64,000 bases of DNA from Bacteroidia bacterium (GCA_045805205.1 JBJMLR010000011.1:467803-531802); one strand, 5' to 3'; counted from the first letter of the stretch, positions 46,494-55,824 are shown. Translations and numbers: made by a program. The notes: generated from the letters alone by a model not told the origin.

Positions 46494-49325
46494 ATGCAAA
46501 GAAGAATTGTTGTATTCGGCCTGTTGCTGATGACGGTGAATGGGTTCTGTCAGATTGATCTGAAAGGATCGTTGAACCGTGTGAAACAGGATGCGCTGCA
46601 AAAAGCAAAGGAGGCCGGTGAGAACAAAATGGATGAATCCCGCAAGGAATTTGACGAATCCAATTTCAACTACGCAATTTCTTTTAGTGATAATGCCGGA
46701 CTGTTTGAAACGAAGGAGAAATCGGACCGCCTGAAGAACACCATGATCGAAGGATACAAGATCGGCTCGAATAAGGAGGAATCGGATCTGACCGTCGATC
46801 GGGCAAAGAATTTCAATAACTCCGGTGAGGTAGCCTTTGCGGCGAATAAGTTTCGGTCCGCAGAGTTTTCTTTTAAGCAGGCCCTGTTCATCTACGAAAA
46901 GAACGGAGAACAGGCCTCTGCGGATTATGCGCTCGCGGAAAGCAACCTGGCTTTGCTTTATCAGACGACCGGCCGCTATACAAAAGCCGAAAAGTACACC
47001 GATCTGGCAACCGAATTGCGGAGAAGCATTGATGAGCGATCAGCTGCATTTGCGGCCTCTGAAAATAACAAAGCGGTGCTGCTCAAAGACGAAGGCAGAT
47101 ACAATGAAGCGGAGGAGCTGATCAATAAAGCAATTGACGACAATGTTGCAGCGCTTGGAAAAAGTTCGGTGCCCTATGCAATTGCGCTGAATAATAAAGC
47201 AATGCTTTTGCAATTGCTTGGCAGAAACGCGGATGCTGAACAGCTGATGAATGAAGCGCTTGCGGTCACGAAAGAGAAGTTGAAAGAGAGCTCCGGCAAC
47301 TATATCCGTTTAACGATCAATCTCGCTTTGCTTTACCAGGACATGGGAAAGTTCAGCGAAGCAGAAGCGATCTACCTGAATGCACTGAAGCTGAAAGAAA
47401 AGAAGCTGGGAAAGAATCATCCGGATTACGCCTATCTCAAGCGCGGACTTGCCTCACTCTACCTGCAAATGGGAAAGAACACCGAGGTAGAAGCCTTGCT
47501 GAAAGAAGCGGCGGAGATCTATCGCAAGAAACTGGGTGAAAAGCATCCTGCCACAGTCGCAGCAAATGCGGATCTCGGGAATTTCTACCGGATTAACGGC
47601 AGGCTTGCAGAAGCAGAACCATTATTGACCAACGCCGAAAAAATGCGCCTGGAGCTTCTCGGCGATTCGCATCCCGATTATATCCGCTCGCTTGAAGACC
47701 TGGCTCTGTTGCAGTGGCAGCAAGGGAAGATAAATGATGCCAGCCTCAATTATACGAAAGTAATGGACCAGACAATGAAGTATATCGACACGTACTTCGC
47801 GCCAATGAGTGAAAGTGAAAAGGCAAAATTCTGGGATAAGCTTTTTCCCCGTCTTCAGCGGTTTAACTCCTTTGCAGCGGAAGCATCTGCTTCCCGGCCG
47901 GAGCTGGTAAAACAGATGTTCGATTACCAGCTGAAGACAAAAGCACTGCTCCTCAATGCAACGAACAAAGTGAAAAATGCGATCCTGAGCGGAAGCAATG
48001 AAGAGCTGAAAGCACGCTACAGCCAGTGGCTGGATCAGAAGGATCAGCTCGCGCGATTGTACACGCTTTCAAAAGACGAGCTGGCCGAAGAAAAGATCAA
48101 CCTGGATTCGCTGGAAAGAGAAACAAATAACCTCGAAAAAGAACTGTCGTCCCTTTCCAACGCCTTTGCGGAAGAATACTCGAATTCTCCGGTCACCATT
48201 GATGCGATTGCGAAATCGCTCACAAATGACGAAGCCATTGTCGACATCATTCAGTTCAGCAAATTCAGCACGGTTTTTACGAAAGAGATTTACTATGCAT
48301 CGATCCTGCTCACCAATTCAGGACAACCGGTTCTGCTGTTGAACAAGAACGGGGCAGCGCTGGAGTCGGACGATATAAAATATTACCGGGCAACTATCAA
48401 GAACCTGAAAAGTGATGAGCTGTCTTACGGAAAATTCTGGGCGGATATCGATAAAGCGCTCGGCACGAAGAAGACAGTTTACGTGTCATTGGACGGAGCA
48501 TACAACCAGGTTAATCTCAACACGCTTAAGGATCCGTCCGGAAAATATGGCATCGACACCAGGAACATTGTCCCGGTGATGAATTCCCGCGATGTGATCG
48601 TATTGAAAAAGACAGCCGGGACAGCACAGCTGAAAACGGCAACACTTGTCGGATTTCCCAACTATGGCTCCGAAGATATCATTCCACCGCTGCCGGGGAC
48701 AAAAAAGGAGATCGGCAACATCGATCCCATTTTGAAAAGCAACGGTTATAAAACAACCGTCTATGAAGGAAACGAGGCGACCGAAACAAATGTAAAAAAG
48801 GTACAAACGGGTGTGCTTCACATTGCGACGCACGGATTCTTCCTTGCAAACGCCAATGCAATTGAAGATGATAAAGTACTGGGGATCGAGATCTCAAAAG
48901 CGAAGAATAACCCGCTGCACCGCTCAGGAATACTGCTTGCGAATTGCGAGAAAGTATTTGACGGGACCAGCGATCTTACTGATAAAGACAATGGGATCCT
49001 GACCGCTTATGAAACAATGAATATGTCGCTCGACAACACACAGCTTGTTGTGCTCAGCGCCTGTGAAACCGGCCTGGGCGATATAAAAGCAGGAGAAGGT
49101 GTTTATGGATTGCAGCGTGCATTCCAGGTCGCAGGAGCAAAAGCCATCATCATGAGCTTATGGCAGGTGAGTGATGATGCAACCATGGAGCTGATGACAA
49201 GCTTCTACAAAAATTACATGGTTTCCGGGAATAAGCAGGATGCATTCGTTAAAGCGCAGAAACAGATCAAGCTCAAATACAAAGAGCCATTCTATTGGGG
49301 CGCATTTGTGCTGATCGGGAATTAA
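46494..49325 (+). CDS. Secreted TPR-repeat plus CHAT-domain (caspase-like) protein
   Basis: Signal peptide MQRRIVVFGLLLMTVNGFCQ. Multiple TPRs (...NLALLYQ..G.Y..AE..). C-terminal CHAT motifs VLHIATHGFF and LVVLSACETG. The start is taken at the ATG at 46494, because the upstream part of the ORF overlaps the convergent gene. Confidence 0.8.
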   Translation: MQRRIVVFGLLLMTVNGFCQIDLKGSLNRVKQDALQKAKEAGENKMDESRKEFDESNFNYAISFSDNAGLFETKEKSDRLKNTMIEGYKIGSNKEESDLTVDRAKNFNNSGEVAFAANKFRSAEFSFKQALFIYEKNGEQASADYALAESNLALLYQTTGRYTKAEKYTDLATELRRSIDERSAAFAASENNKAVLLKDEGRYNEAEELINKAIDDNVAALGKSSVPYAIALNNKAMLLQLLGRNADAEQLMNEALAVTKEKLKESSGNYIRLTINLALLYQDMGKFSEAEAIYLNALKLKEKKLGKNHPDYAYLKRGLASLYLQMGKNTEVEALLKEAAEIYRKKLGEKHPATVAANADLGNFYRINGRLAEAEPLLTNAEKMRLELLGDSHPDYIRSLEDLALLQWQQGKINDASLNYTKVMDQTMKYIDTYFAPMSESEKAKFWDKLFPRLQRFNSFAAEASASRPELVKQMFDYQLKTKALLLNATNKVKNAILSGSNEELKARYSQWLDQKDQLARLYTLSKDELAEEKINLDSLERETNNLEKELSSLSNAFAEEYSNSPVTIDAIAKSLTNDEAIVDIIQFSKFSTVFTKEIYYASILLTNSGQPVLLLNKNGAALESDDIKYYRATIKNLKSDELSYGKFWADIDKALGTKKTVYVSLDGAYNQVNLNTLKDPSGKYGIDTRNIVPVMNSRDVIVLKKTAGTAQLKTATLVGFPNYGSEDIIPPLPGTKKEIGNIDPILKSNGYKTTVYEGNEATETNVKKVQTGVLHIATHGFFLANANAIEDDKVLGIEISKAKNNPLHRSGILLANCEKVFDGTSDLTDKDNGILTAYETMNMSLDNTQLVVLSACETGLGDIKAGEGVYGLQRAFQVAGAKAIIMSLWQVSDDATMELMTSFYKNYMVSGNKQDAFVKAQKQIKLKYKEPFYWGAFVLIGN

Positions 49326-49894
49326 TTCCTTCGCAGCGGGATGTAAGTCTTCCCGTTCTCGATCACAATATGCCCTTGCTCTTCCAGGCTTTTCACGATC
49401 TCATGAAAAAGTTCGTTGATCAGGGTGCTGTCTTTTTTCCAGAAATGAACCGTACAAGCCTTGATCGAATCGTCGATCCTTTCGATCTTGTGGAAGGCCA
49501 TCCTGCCAAGGTAAAACACAACCAGCTCCGATTTAAGCTGCAGCCTTTCCGCATCAATTGAGGACCGCTGTTCTTTTTTGGCATCTTCCTTTTTCAGGCC
49601 GTCCACCCGCCGTACGGCCCATCCGGTTCCGCCCGTAATGGCGCCGCAGCTAAAGCGCATTCCGTGCTTTTTCTCGATGTAACGGACCAATGTGCTGGGA
49701 CTTGCTTTTCGGTTCCAGTCCTTTTGCTCGATCAGCAGTGCTTCGCCTACTTTAAGATTGACGATTGAATTGAAAACATGCGAACTGCGTCCTTTTCCAC
49801 GGATCGGGAGCTGTTCATATTCATCTGAACTTAGTTTTTTCATGGGGGAGCCACTTTTCTGTTGAAAACCAATTAAAAGTACTTTTTTTGTCAA
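49322..49894 (-). CDS. Hypothetical protein
   Basis: 190-aa ORF, basic, with no motif recognised. It overlaps the CHAT gene end by 4 bp. Confidence 0.45.
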   Translation of the reverse strand: MTKKVLLIGFQQKSGSPMKKLSSDEYEQLPIRGKGRSSHVFNSIVNLKVGEALLIEQKDWNRKASPSTLVRYIEKKHGMRFSCGAITGGTGWAVRRVDGLKKEDAKKEQRSSIDAERLQLKSELVVFYLGRMAFHKIERIDDSIKACTVHFWKKDSTLINELFHEIVKSLEEQGHIVIENGKTYIPLRRN

Positions 49895-50080
49895 AAATGT
49901 TCAATCATCCGGATTTAAACTTATAAACACTTCGTTTTTAATAAGATATCAAGGCTATTAAATCGTCTTTAAATATTGTTTAACATAGCAATACAGCCTG
50001 AAATCGTTAAAATTATGCGATTTCTGAGAAGATGAACCATTTTTAAGGGAAGCCCGCCGAAAGGATCTCCGGGGCTGTTT

Positions 50081-50500
50081 TCAGGAATGCTTTTTTTGAA
50101 AAAGCATCGCTACATAGGTTTCGGGCACCGCAAGCGACGAACGGCAATAGGTCAGCTTATCCTGAATGGAAAGGGGAAAATCCTGCACGACTTTAAAGTC
50201 AAAAGGAAGAAAAAATTCGGGGATCACACATACCAGGTGAACATCACCAGGAGCCCGCCGGATCAGCTCCTGCACGATCGCCCGTCCGATCCCTTGGCGG
50301 CGGTGCGGTGTAACAACACCGAGTGAACAAAGCTCAACACAATCGGAATGGTTCCGTAAACGGCCAAAGCCGATCAGCTCATTTTGGCGGAAGGCAGCGC
50401 TGAACTCCTCTTTTTTCAATAAACGGTCATCCAGTTCAAAATCCCGGATATAATTCCCGATCTGCTGGAACTCATGATCATTTGGAGCCCGTAGTTCCAT
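50081..50500 (-). CDS. GNAT-family N-acetyltransferase
   Basis: RRQGIGRAIVQELIRRA is an acetyl-CoA binding motif A-like segment; 139 aa. Confidence 0.75.
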   Translation of the reverse strand: MELRAPNDHEFQQIGNYIRDFELDDRLLKKEEFSAAFRQNELIGFGRLRNHSDCVELCSLGVVTPHRRQGIGRAIVQELIRRAPGDVHLVCVIPEFFLPFDFKVVQDFPLSIQDKLTYCRSSLAVPETYVAMLFQKKHS

Positions 50501-50557
50501 GAAAGCAGTAAGCAGCTTAACAATTATTCAATTGAAAAGCTGCCTGCTGCAAATTAT

Positions 50558-51064
50558 TTAGTGGTGATGTCCGTGTTCACCGTGAACGTGACCATGGGAG
50601 ATTTCTTCAGCGGTCGCTTTGCGCACATCCAGAATCTCGCCCTTGAAATGAAGATCCGTTCCCGCAAGCGGATGATTGAAATCCATTTTTACATGTTCTG
50701 CAGTGATCTCCATCACTTTTCCATATAAACGGTTCCCGTCATTGTCAACCATTGGTAATGTTACTCCTGCTTTCACGTTCTCAGAATCAAATTTACCGTC
50801 TTCACCCTGGAAAGCTTCGCTTGGGATCATCACAACATGCTGTTCGTCACGTACACCGTATCCTCGTGAATGTTCGATAAAAAAATCAAATGAGTCACCC
50901 GCTTTTTTCCCGCGGAGATTAGATTCGAAATCTTCCAGCAGTCCTCCCGCACCAAAAAGGAATACAAATGGATGTTCTTTGCTGGTTTTTTCGATCTGTT
51001 CGCCCGTTTCTTTTGCTGTAAGATCATAATCCACAGAAACAACGGTGTTATTTTCAATTGTCAT
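50558..51064 (-). CDS. slyD: FKBP-type peptidyl-prolyl isomerase SlyD-like, with a His-rich tail
   Basis: FKBP fold motifs plus an IF-domain insertion. The C-terminus is HGHVHGEHGHHH. Confidence 0.8.
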   Translation of the reverse strand: MTIENNTVVSVDYDLTAKETGEQIEKTSKEHPFVFLFGAGGLLEDFESNLRGKKAGDSFDFFIEHSRGYGVRDEQHVVMIPSEAFQGEDGKFDSENVKAGVTLPMVDNDGNRLYGKVMEITAEHVKMDFNHPLAGTDLHFKGEILDVRKATAEEISHGHVHGEHGHHH

Positions 51065-51188
51065 GTAAATGGTTTTTAAAATTTAGGCCGCAAAGATATA
51101 CTTTTATAGCAATAAAACATTTTGCCAGCTGCTAAATAAGCCTAAAAATGAAGCGATTGCCATGTCCGGGGAACTTTTTAACTTTAGC

Positions 51189-51322
51189 ACACTTAGTCAC
51201 CTAATCACTTAGTCACCCAGTCACCTAATCACTTAGTCACCCAGTCACATAATCACTTAGTCACCCAGTCACCTAATCACTTAGTCACCCAGTCACCTAA
51301 CCACCCAGTCACCTAATCACTC
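51189..51322 (+). repeat. Tandem array of about 5.5 copies of a 24-bp unit (cacttagtcacccagtcacctaat) ending 3 nt before the start codon of the next gene
   Basis: Seen directly. Confidence 0.85.
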
Positions 51323-51325
51323 CAA

Positions 51326-52480
51326 ATGAACTACCCGAACCTGATCAACAGCAAGCTCCCCAATGCAGGGACCACCATTTTTACGGTTATGAGCAAGCTC
51401 GCGGCGGATCATAATGCGATCAATCTTTCACAGGGCTTCCCTGATTTCAGCTGCAGCGAGGAAATGATCTCGCTTGTAAATAAATACATGAAGACCGGAC
51501 ATAACCAGTATGCTCCTATGGCCGGAATATTTGCGCTTCGTGAAATGCTGGCTCAGAAAACCGAAGACCTTTACGGCGCTAAATACGATCCCGAAACAGA
51601 AATTACTATTACAGCCGGCGCTACACAGGCCATTTATACAGCTATCTCGGCGATCATCCGGGAAGATGATGAAGTGATCATCTTTGAACCGGCATATGAT
51701 TGTTACCAGCCGGCAATTGAAATGAACGGCGGCAAAACGATCTATATGCAGCTCCAGTCACCTGCTTATTCCATCGACTGGGAGAAGGTGAAAAAGATGA
51801 TCAATCACCGTACAAAAATGATCATTATCAATACCCCGCATAATCCAACCGGGAGCGTAATGTCCGCCGGCGATATGAGCAGCCTGGAGAAGCTGGTGAA
51901 AGGAACGGATATTGTGATCATCAGTGATGAAGTATATGAGCACATTATTTTTGACGGACAAAAGCATCAGAGTGTTGCCCGTTTTCCGGGTCTCGCGGAA
52001 CGAAGTTTTATTATTTCCTCCTTTGGGAAAACCTATCATACTACCGGCTGGAAGCTGGGCTATTGCGTGGCACCGAAAAACCTGATGGCGGAATTCCGGA
52101 AAGTACATCAGTTCCTGGTTTTTTCCTGCAATACACCCATTCAGATGGCCCTTTCGGAATTCCTGAAGCAAAAGGAAAATTACCTTGAGCTGGGAAATTT
52201 TTATCAGAAGAAACGCGATCATTTCATCAGCCTGATCAGGAATTCGAAATTTGAGTTTGTCAAATCGCCCGGGACCTATTTTCAGCTGCTGAGTTATAAA
52301 AATGTCAGTAAAGAAAAGGATACCGATTATGCGGTCCGCCTGACAAAAGAATCCGGACTGGCGTCTGTGCCCATTTCCGTATTCTATCATGAGCAGGAAG
52401 ACAATCACATGCTGCGCTTCTGCTTCGCGAAGAAGGATGAAACACTTGAAAAAGCAGCGGAAATATTAAATAAGATCTGA
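51326..52480 (+). CDS. ybdL: PLP-dependent aminotransferase, YbdL-like methionine/glutamine transaminase
   Basis: SKLPNAGTTIFTVMSKLAADHNAINLSQGFPDF matches the YbdL N-terminus; class I aminotransferase length. Confidence 0.8.
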   Translation: MNYPNLINSKLPNAGTTIFTVMSKLAADHNAINLSQGFPDFSCSEEMISLVNKYMKTGHNQYAPMAGIFALREMLAQKTEDLYGAKYDPETEITITAGATQAIYTAISAIIREDDEVIIFEPAYDCYQPAIEMNGGKTIYMQLQSPAYSIDWEKVKKMINHRTKMIIINTPHNPTGSVMSAGDMSSLEKLVKGTDIVIISDEVYEHIIFDGQKHQSVARFPGLAERSFIISSFGKTYHTTGWKLGYCVAPKNLMAEFRKVHQFLVFSCNTPIQMALSEFLKQKENYLELGNFYQKKRDHFISLIRNSKFEFVKSPGTYFQLLSYKNVSKEKDTDYAVRLTKESGLASVPISVFYHEQEDNHMLRFCFAKKDETLEKAAEILNKI

Positions 52481-52488
52481 TTTCAGCG

Positions 52489-52570
52489 CGTCATTGAGAC
52501 TGCGCGTCGCCATAGCTTTAGCGGTGGCACAGTGAGATATGAACGAAGCAGTCTTAATATGCAGATTGCC
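52489..52570 (+). repeat. Hairpin repeat element (gcgtcattgagactgcgc...gcagtcttaat) flanked by duplicated gene 3' ends
   Basis: 11-bp imperfect stem attgagactgc/gcagtcttaat. It shares gcc(a/g)tagctttagcg with 41663-41686. Confidence 0.5.
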
Positions 52571-52572
52571 AC

Positions 52573-52618
52573 GCTTCGCAAAAAGGATGAAAACTTGAAG
52601 AAGCAGCGGAAATTTAAA
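52573..52618 (+). repeat. About 46-bp imperfect duplicate (about 88%) of the ybdL 3' coding end (52423-52469)
   Basis: cttcgcaaaaaggatgaaaacttgaagaagcagcggaaatttaaat versus cttcgcgaagaaggatgaaacacttgaaaaagcagcggaaatattaaat. Confidence 0.7.
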
Positions 52619-52642
52619 TCGGATATAATATCAGCTTATTTT

Positions 52643-52678
52643 GGCGTCACCCCGCGCGGAGTCAAAGGGTGGCCGGTC
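52643..52678 (+). repeat. Dispersed repeat copy (ggcgtcaccccgcgcggagtcaaagggtggccggtc)
   Basis: Seen directly. Confidence 0.6.
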
Positions 52679-52694
52679 TTGAACTAATTCAACA

Positions 52695-53480
52695 ATGCAA
52701 AACCTCACCATCACCCTCATCCAGACCGATCTTCACTGGGAAGATAAAGTAAAGAACCTCGAAATGTTCGCGGCAAAGATCGCTTCCATCGCCGGTCATA
52801 CCGATCTCATTGTGCTTCCTGAAATGTTCACCACGGGGTTCAGCATGCGCCCCGGGCTGTTTGCAGAAAAAATGGACGGCGCAACAGTCAGCTGGATGCG
52901 TTATCGCGCGCGAGAGAAGAGCTGCGTCATCACCGGGAGCTTCATTTGTGAAGAGAACGGGAATTATTTTAATCGCCTTGTCTGGATGCGCGCCGATGGC
53001 TCATATGAGACCTATGATAAACGCCATCTTTTCAGAATGGGAGAGGAAGATAAACATTATGGCGCGGGACAAAAGCGGCTGATCGTTGAGCTGAACGGCT
53101 GGAAAGTTTGTCCGCTGGTTTGTTACGACCTTCGTTTCCCGGTATGGAGCCGGAATCAAAAGCAAGATCCATATGACCTGCTCATATACATAGCGAACTG
53201 GCCGGAGCGTCGTGCGCATCCATGGAAATCATTGCTTGTGGCCAGAGCGATCGAAAACCAATGTTTTGTGGCGGGTTTGAACCGGATCGGAAACGACGGC
53301 AATTCAATTTATCACGCCGGAGATTCCGCCGTTCTTAATTTCAAAGGCGAATCCATCAGCGCAATAGAAACCGGAAAGGAATGTGCAGATACGTATATAC
53401 TGAAGTATGATGAATTGATGGAATTCAGAAAAATATTTCCGGTAATGCTGGACGCAGATGATTTTGACGTCAAACTCTAG
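52695..53480 (+). CDS. yafV: Carbon-nitrogen hydrolase (nitrilase superfamily), YafV-like omega-amidase
   Basis: E-K-C triad context (VLPEMF, ...RKIHL/KRHLF, CYDLRFP); 261 aa. Adjacent to the ybdL-like gene. Confidence 0.8.
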   Translation: MQNLTITLIQTDLHWEDKVKNLEMFAAKIASIAGHTDLIVLPEMFTTGFSMRPGLFAEKMDGATVSWMRYRAREKSCVITGSFICEENGNYFNRLVWMRADGSYETYDKRHLFRMGEEDKHYGAGQKRLIVELNGWKVCPLVCYDLRFPVWSRNQKQDPYDLLIYIANWPERRAHPWKSLLVARAIENQCFVAGLNRIGNDGNSIYHAGDSAVLNFKGESISAIETGKECADTYILKYDELMEFRKIFPVMLDADDFDVKL

Positions 53481-53483
53481 TGG

Positions 53484-53530
53484 CGTCATTGCGAGAAAGG
53501 CTTTGCCTGACGCGGCAATCTCGAAAACGG
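53484..53530 (+). repeat. Hairpin repeat (ggcgtcattgcgagaaaggctttgcctgacgcggcaatctcg)
   Basis: Stem gcgtca/tgacgc plus attgc/gcaat. It shares the ggcgtcatt start with 52489. Confidence 0.5.
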
Positions 53531-53534
53531 AATA

Positions 53535-55268
53535 CTAGTCTGCCACTTTCCACTCCAGCTCCGCGTCCCAGTTTGAGCGAATGTTGATCGTCTCTGCATC
53601 AAAAACAACTTTTTCCGGCTGGATCTTCTGTAAATAATTTCCGCTGTCCCACTTCCCGTTATTGTTTCCGTCGTAAATGATCTTTAAGCGGTATTTTCCC
53701 GGAGGCAGATAATCATATTCAACCGCACCCGGTGCCCTTTCAATGCTTTCCCTGATCACTTTGCCGCTTTCATTCACGAGCTGTATGATATGTCTGAAAT
53801 CATCAGTGAGATTTGGCAGCGACACTTTTACCGTTCCGTAGTATTTTTCTTCGCGTGTTTTAAAATTGACCTTGATCGAATCATTTGTCAACCCGAAGAA
53901 ATCTTCAAATGTCCCCGGAGGAATAAAAAAATGATAATTTGTATTCTCTTTCCAATCGGTAAAAAGCATCGCGGTAGGCGCTTTTACATATTCGCCGGGA
54001 TGCTCCGGATCTTCAGCAAGCATGGTTGTATCGATCGTACATAATTTCAACTCATCACCCGGCACGAACCAGGAAACAAATTCAGGTTCACCTGCCGCTG
54101 TTTTTACCGGTACAGTATCTGCTTTTAGTCCGGCGTGGATCCATTTATCCAGCCGAACAGGATGGTTGAACCGCAAGCCAAGCGTGCTTCCCAGGTCAAA
54201 GCTTTGGTTGCCGTCCGGGCTGCTGATCGCTTTTAATTTAAATGGATTCTTTTTTGATTTCTTCGCTTCATCGAGCGTAACGAGTTTGATACGCAGCGTA
54301 TCCATTACTTTAGTGCCGTTTCTCAGTTCCAGGATCAGCGAATCTTTCTGGAAATTTTTAAACCAGTAAATGACGCTGTCTTTGTCTTTAGAATACTCAA
54401 CGTACTCCTGAACCCCTTTGTCGGTATTGTTCAGCGGATTCAAATGCAAGCTGTCCGATCCCTGGTTCAGATAAAGTGAAACCTTCCCATACGTATCATG
54501 CACATATTTTTTCAGGAATGTTTTTTTCGCCGGCTCCCGGAACAGGTCTACCATGATCTCTTTTTTCTCTGTAACATCTACCGGCGCATTTAAGAAGCCG
54601 ATCATCTCGCTTTCACCGTCATATTTATAATTCGAGTTCACATCTTTCACTGCAACCAGTCTGTACCTTCCGGCACGGAGATTTCTCAGGTTAAAAGAGC
54701 CGTCACTCAGTGTTTTTGCAAAATAATCGGGTTGTCCGGTGAACACAGTGCTATCGCTCATATCGCTGTACAGCATTACCACAACACCTTCCATGCTGCT
54801 GAGATCAAAGGCGTTTTCAACTCGTCCTTTCAGGCTCAGTGAATCGATGAAATTTCCCGTAGAAAAAATATAGCGGAAATCTTTCAGCGGGTTATTTTCA
54901 TTCAGATCCTGGATCGCATTCCCGAAGTTGATACTGTATGTGGTGTTCGGTTTTAGCTCTTCGCTTTTATCCAGTGAAATGCTGAGTGTTTTGTTCTTTA
55001 CGGAGATCTCGGGTGATTTTTTTAGCGGAGGAGAGATGATCAGCTGTGTATTCAGATCTTTCAGCTGGATGAATTCATTAAAGTCGATCAGGATGTTCTT
55101 TGAGTTGAAATTAAGCTGCGCACTGTCAGGATTGTACTTCAGCGGCTTCGGCGCGAACGTGTCTTTGGGACCGCCGCCCGGTGCTACGACTTGCGCGCAC
55201 GCTGTGAGCAGGAGCGTCAGAATCGGCAAACAGGTATATGTGACAGTGAGTGTTCTAATGGTGCGCAT
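53535..55268 (-). CDS. Hypothetical lipoprotein with Ig-like / beta-sandwich domains
   Basis: Lipobox LLLTAC after the signal peptide. 577 aa, beta-rich, no catalytic motif. Confidence 0.45.
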   Translation of the reverse strand: MRTIRTLTVTYTCLPILTLLLTACAQVVAPGGGPKDTFAPKPLKYNPDSAQLNFNSKNILIDFNEFIQLKDLNTQLIISPPLKKSPEISVKNKTLSISLDKSEELKPNTTYSINFGNAIQDLNENNPLKDFRYIFSTGNFIDSLSLKGRVENAFDLSSMEGVVVMLYSDMSDSTVFTGQPDYFAKTLSDGSFNLRNLRAGRYRLVAVKDVNSNYKYDGESEMIGFLNAPVDVTEKKEIMVDLFREPAKKTFLKKYVHDTYGKVSLYLNQGSDSLHLNPLNNTDKGVQEYVEYSKDKDSVIYWFKNFQKDSLILELRNGTKVMDTLRIKLVTLDEAKKSKKNPFKLKAISSPDGNQSFDLGSTLGLRFNHPVRLDKWIHAGLKADTVPVKTAAGEPEFVSWFVPGDELKLCTIDTTMLAEDPEHPGEYVKAPTAMLFTDWKENTNYHFFIPPGTFEDFFGLTNDSIKVNFKTREEKYYGTVKVSLPNLTDDFRHIIQLVNESGKVIRESIERAPGAVEYDYLPPGKYRLKIIYDGNNNGKWDSGNYLQKIQPEKVVFDAETINIRSNWDAELEWKVAD

Positions 55269-55293
55269 TTTCCTTTGATCGTATCTGCATCCC

Positions 55294-55330
55294 GAACGTC
55301 ACCCGGCGGAGTCAGGGGCGGCCGGTTGAC
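55294..55330 (+). repeat. Dispersed repeat copy (gaacgtcacccggcggagtcaggggcggccggttgac)
   Basis: Seen directly. Confidence 0.6.
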
Positions 55331-55338
55331 GGACAGAA

Positions 55339-55824
55339 TTAAGTATATATTTTTTCAATAATTTGCATCAGCTGCTCCAGGTATATCTTGTCGGTTTCAT
55401 CAAATGCCCCCAGCTGATCGCTGTCTGCATCCAGCACAAGCATCACTTCACCGCGTTCATCAAACGCAGGAAGTACAATCTCTGAGCGTGATGCACTGCT
55501 GCAGGCGATGTGCCCCGGAAACTGATCCACGTCTTCAACAATAACGGTTTTTTTCTCTTTCCAGGCTGTTCCGCAAACCCCTTTCCCCAGGGCAATCCGG
55601 GTACAGGCAACGGGTCCCTGGAAAGGTCCGAGCACTAACTGCCCTTCTTTTACAAAATAAACACCCACCCAAAAAAAGTCCATCCCGAATTTCAATGCCG
55701 ACATGATATTGGAAAGGTTTGCGATCCGGTCGTTTTCGCCTGCAATCAATGCCCTGATCTGCGGGAGAAGAGACTCATACTTTTCTTTTTTACTGGTTCC
55801 GGTTACGGAAAGCGATTCAGCCAT
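55339..55824 (-). CDS. GAF-domain free methionine-(R)-sulfoxide reductase-like protein
   Basis: 161 aa with ...GPVACTRIALGKGVCGTAW...HIACSSASRSEIV, the fRMsr (YebR-like) Cys pattern. Confidence 0.75.
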   Translation of the reverse strand: MAESLSVTGTSKKEKYESLLPQIRALIAGENDRIANLSNIMSALKFGMDFFWVGVYFVKEGQLVLGPFQGPVACTRIALGKGVCGTAWKEKKTVIVEDVDQFPGHIACSSASRSEIVLPAFDERGEVMLVLDADSDQLGAFDETDKIYLEQLMQIIEKIYT

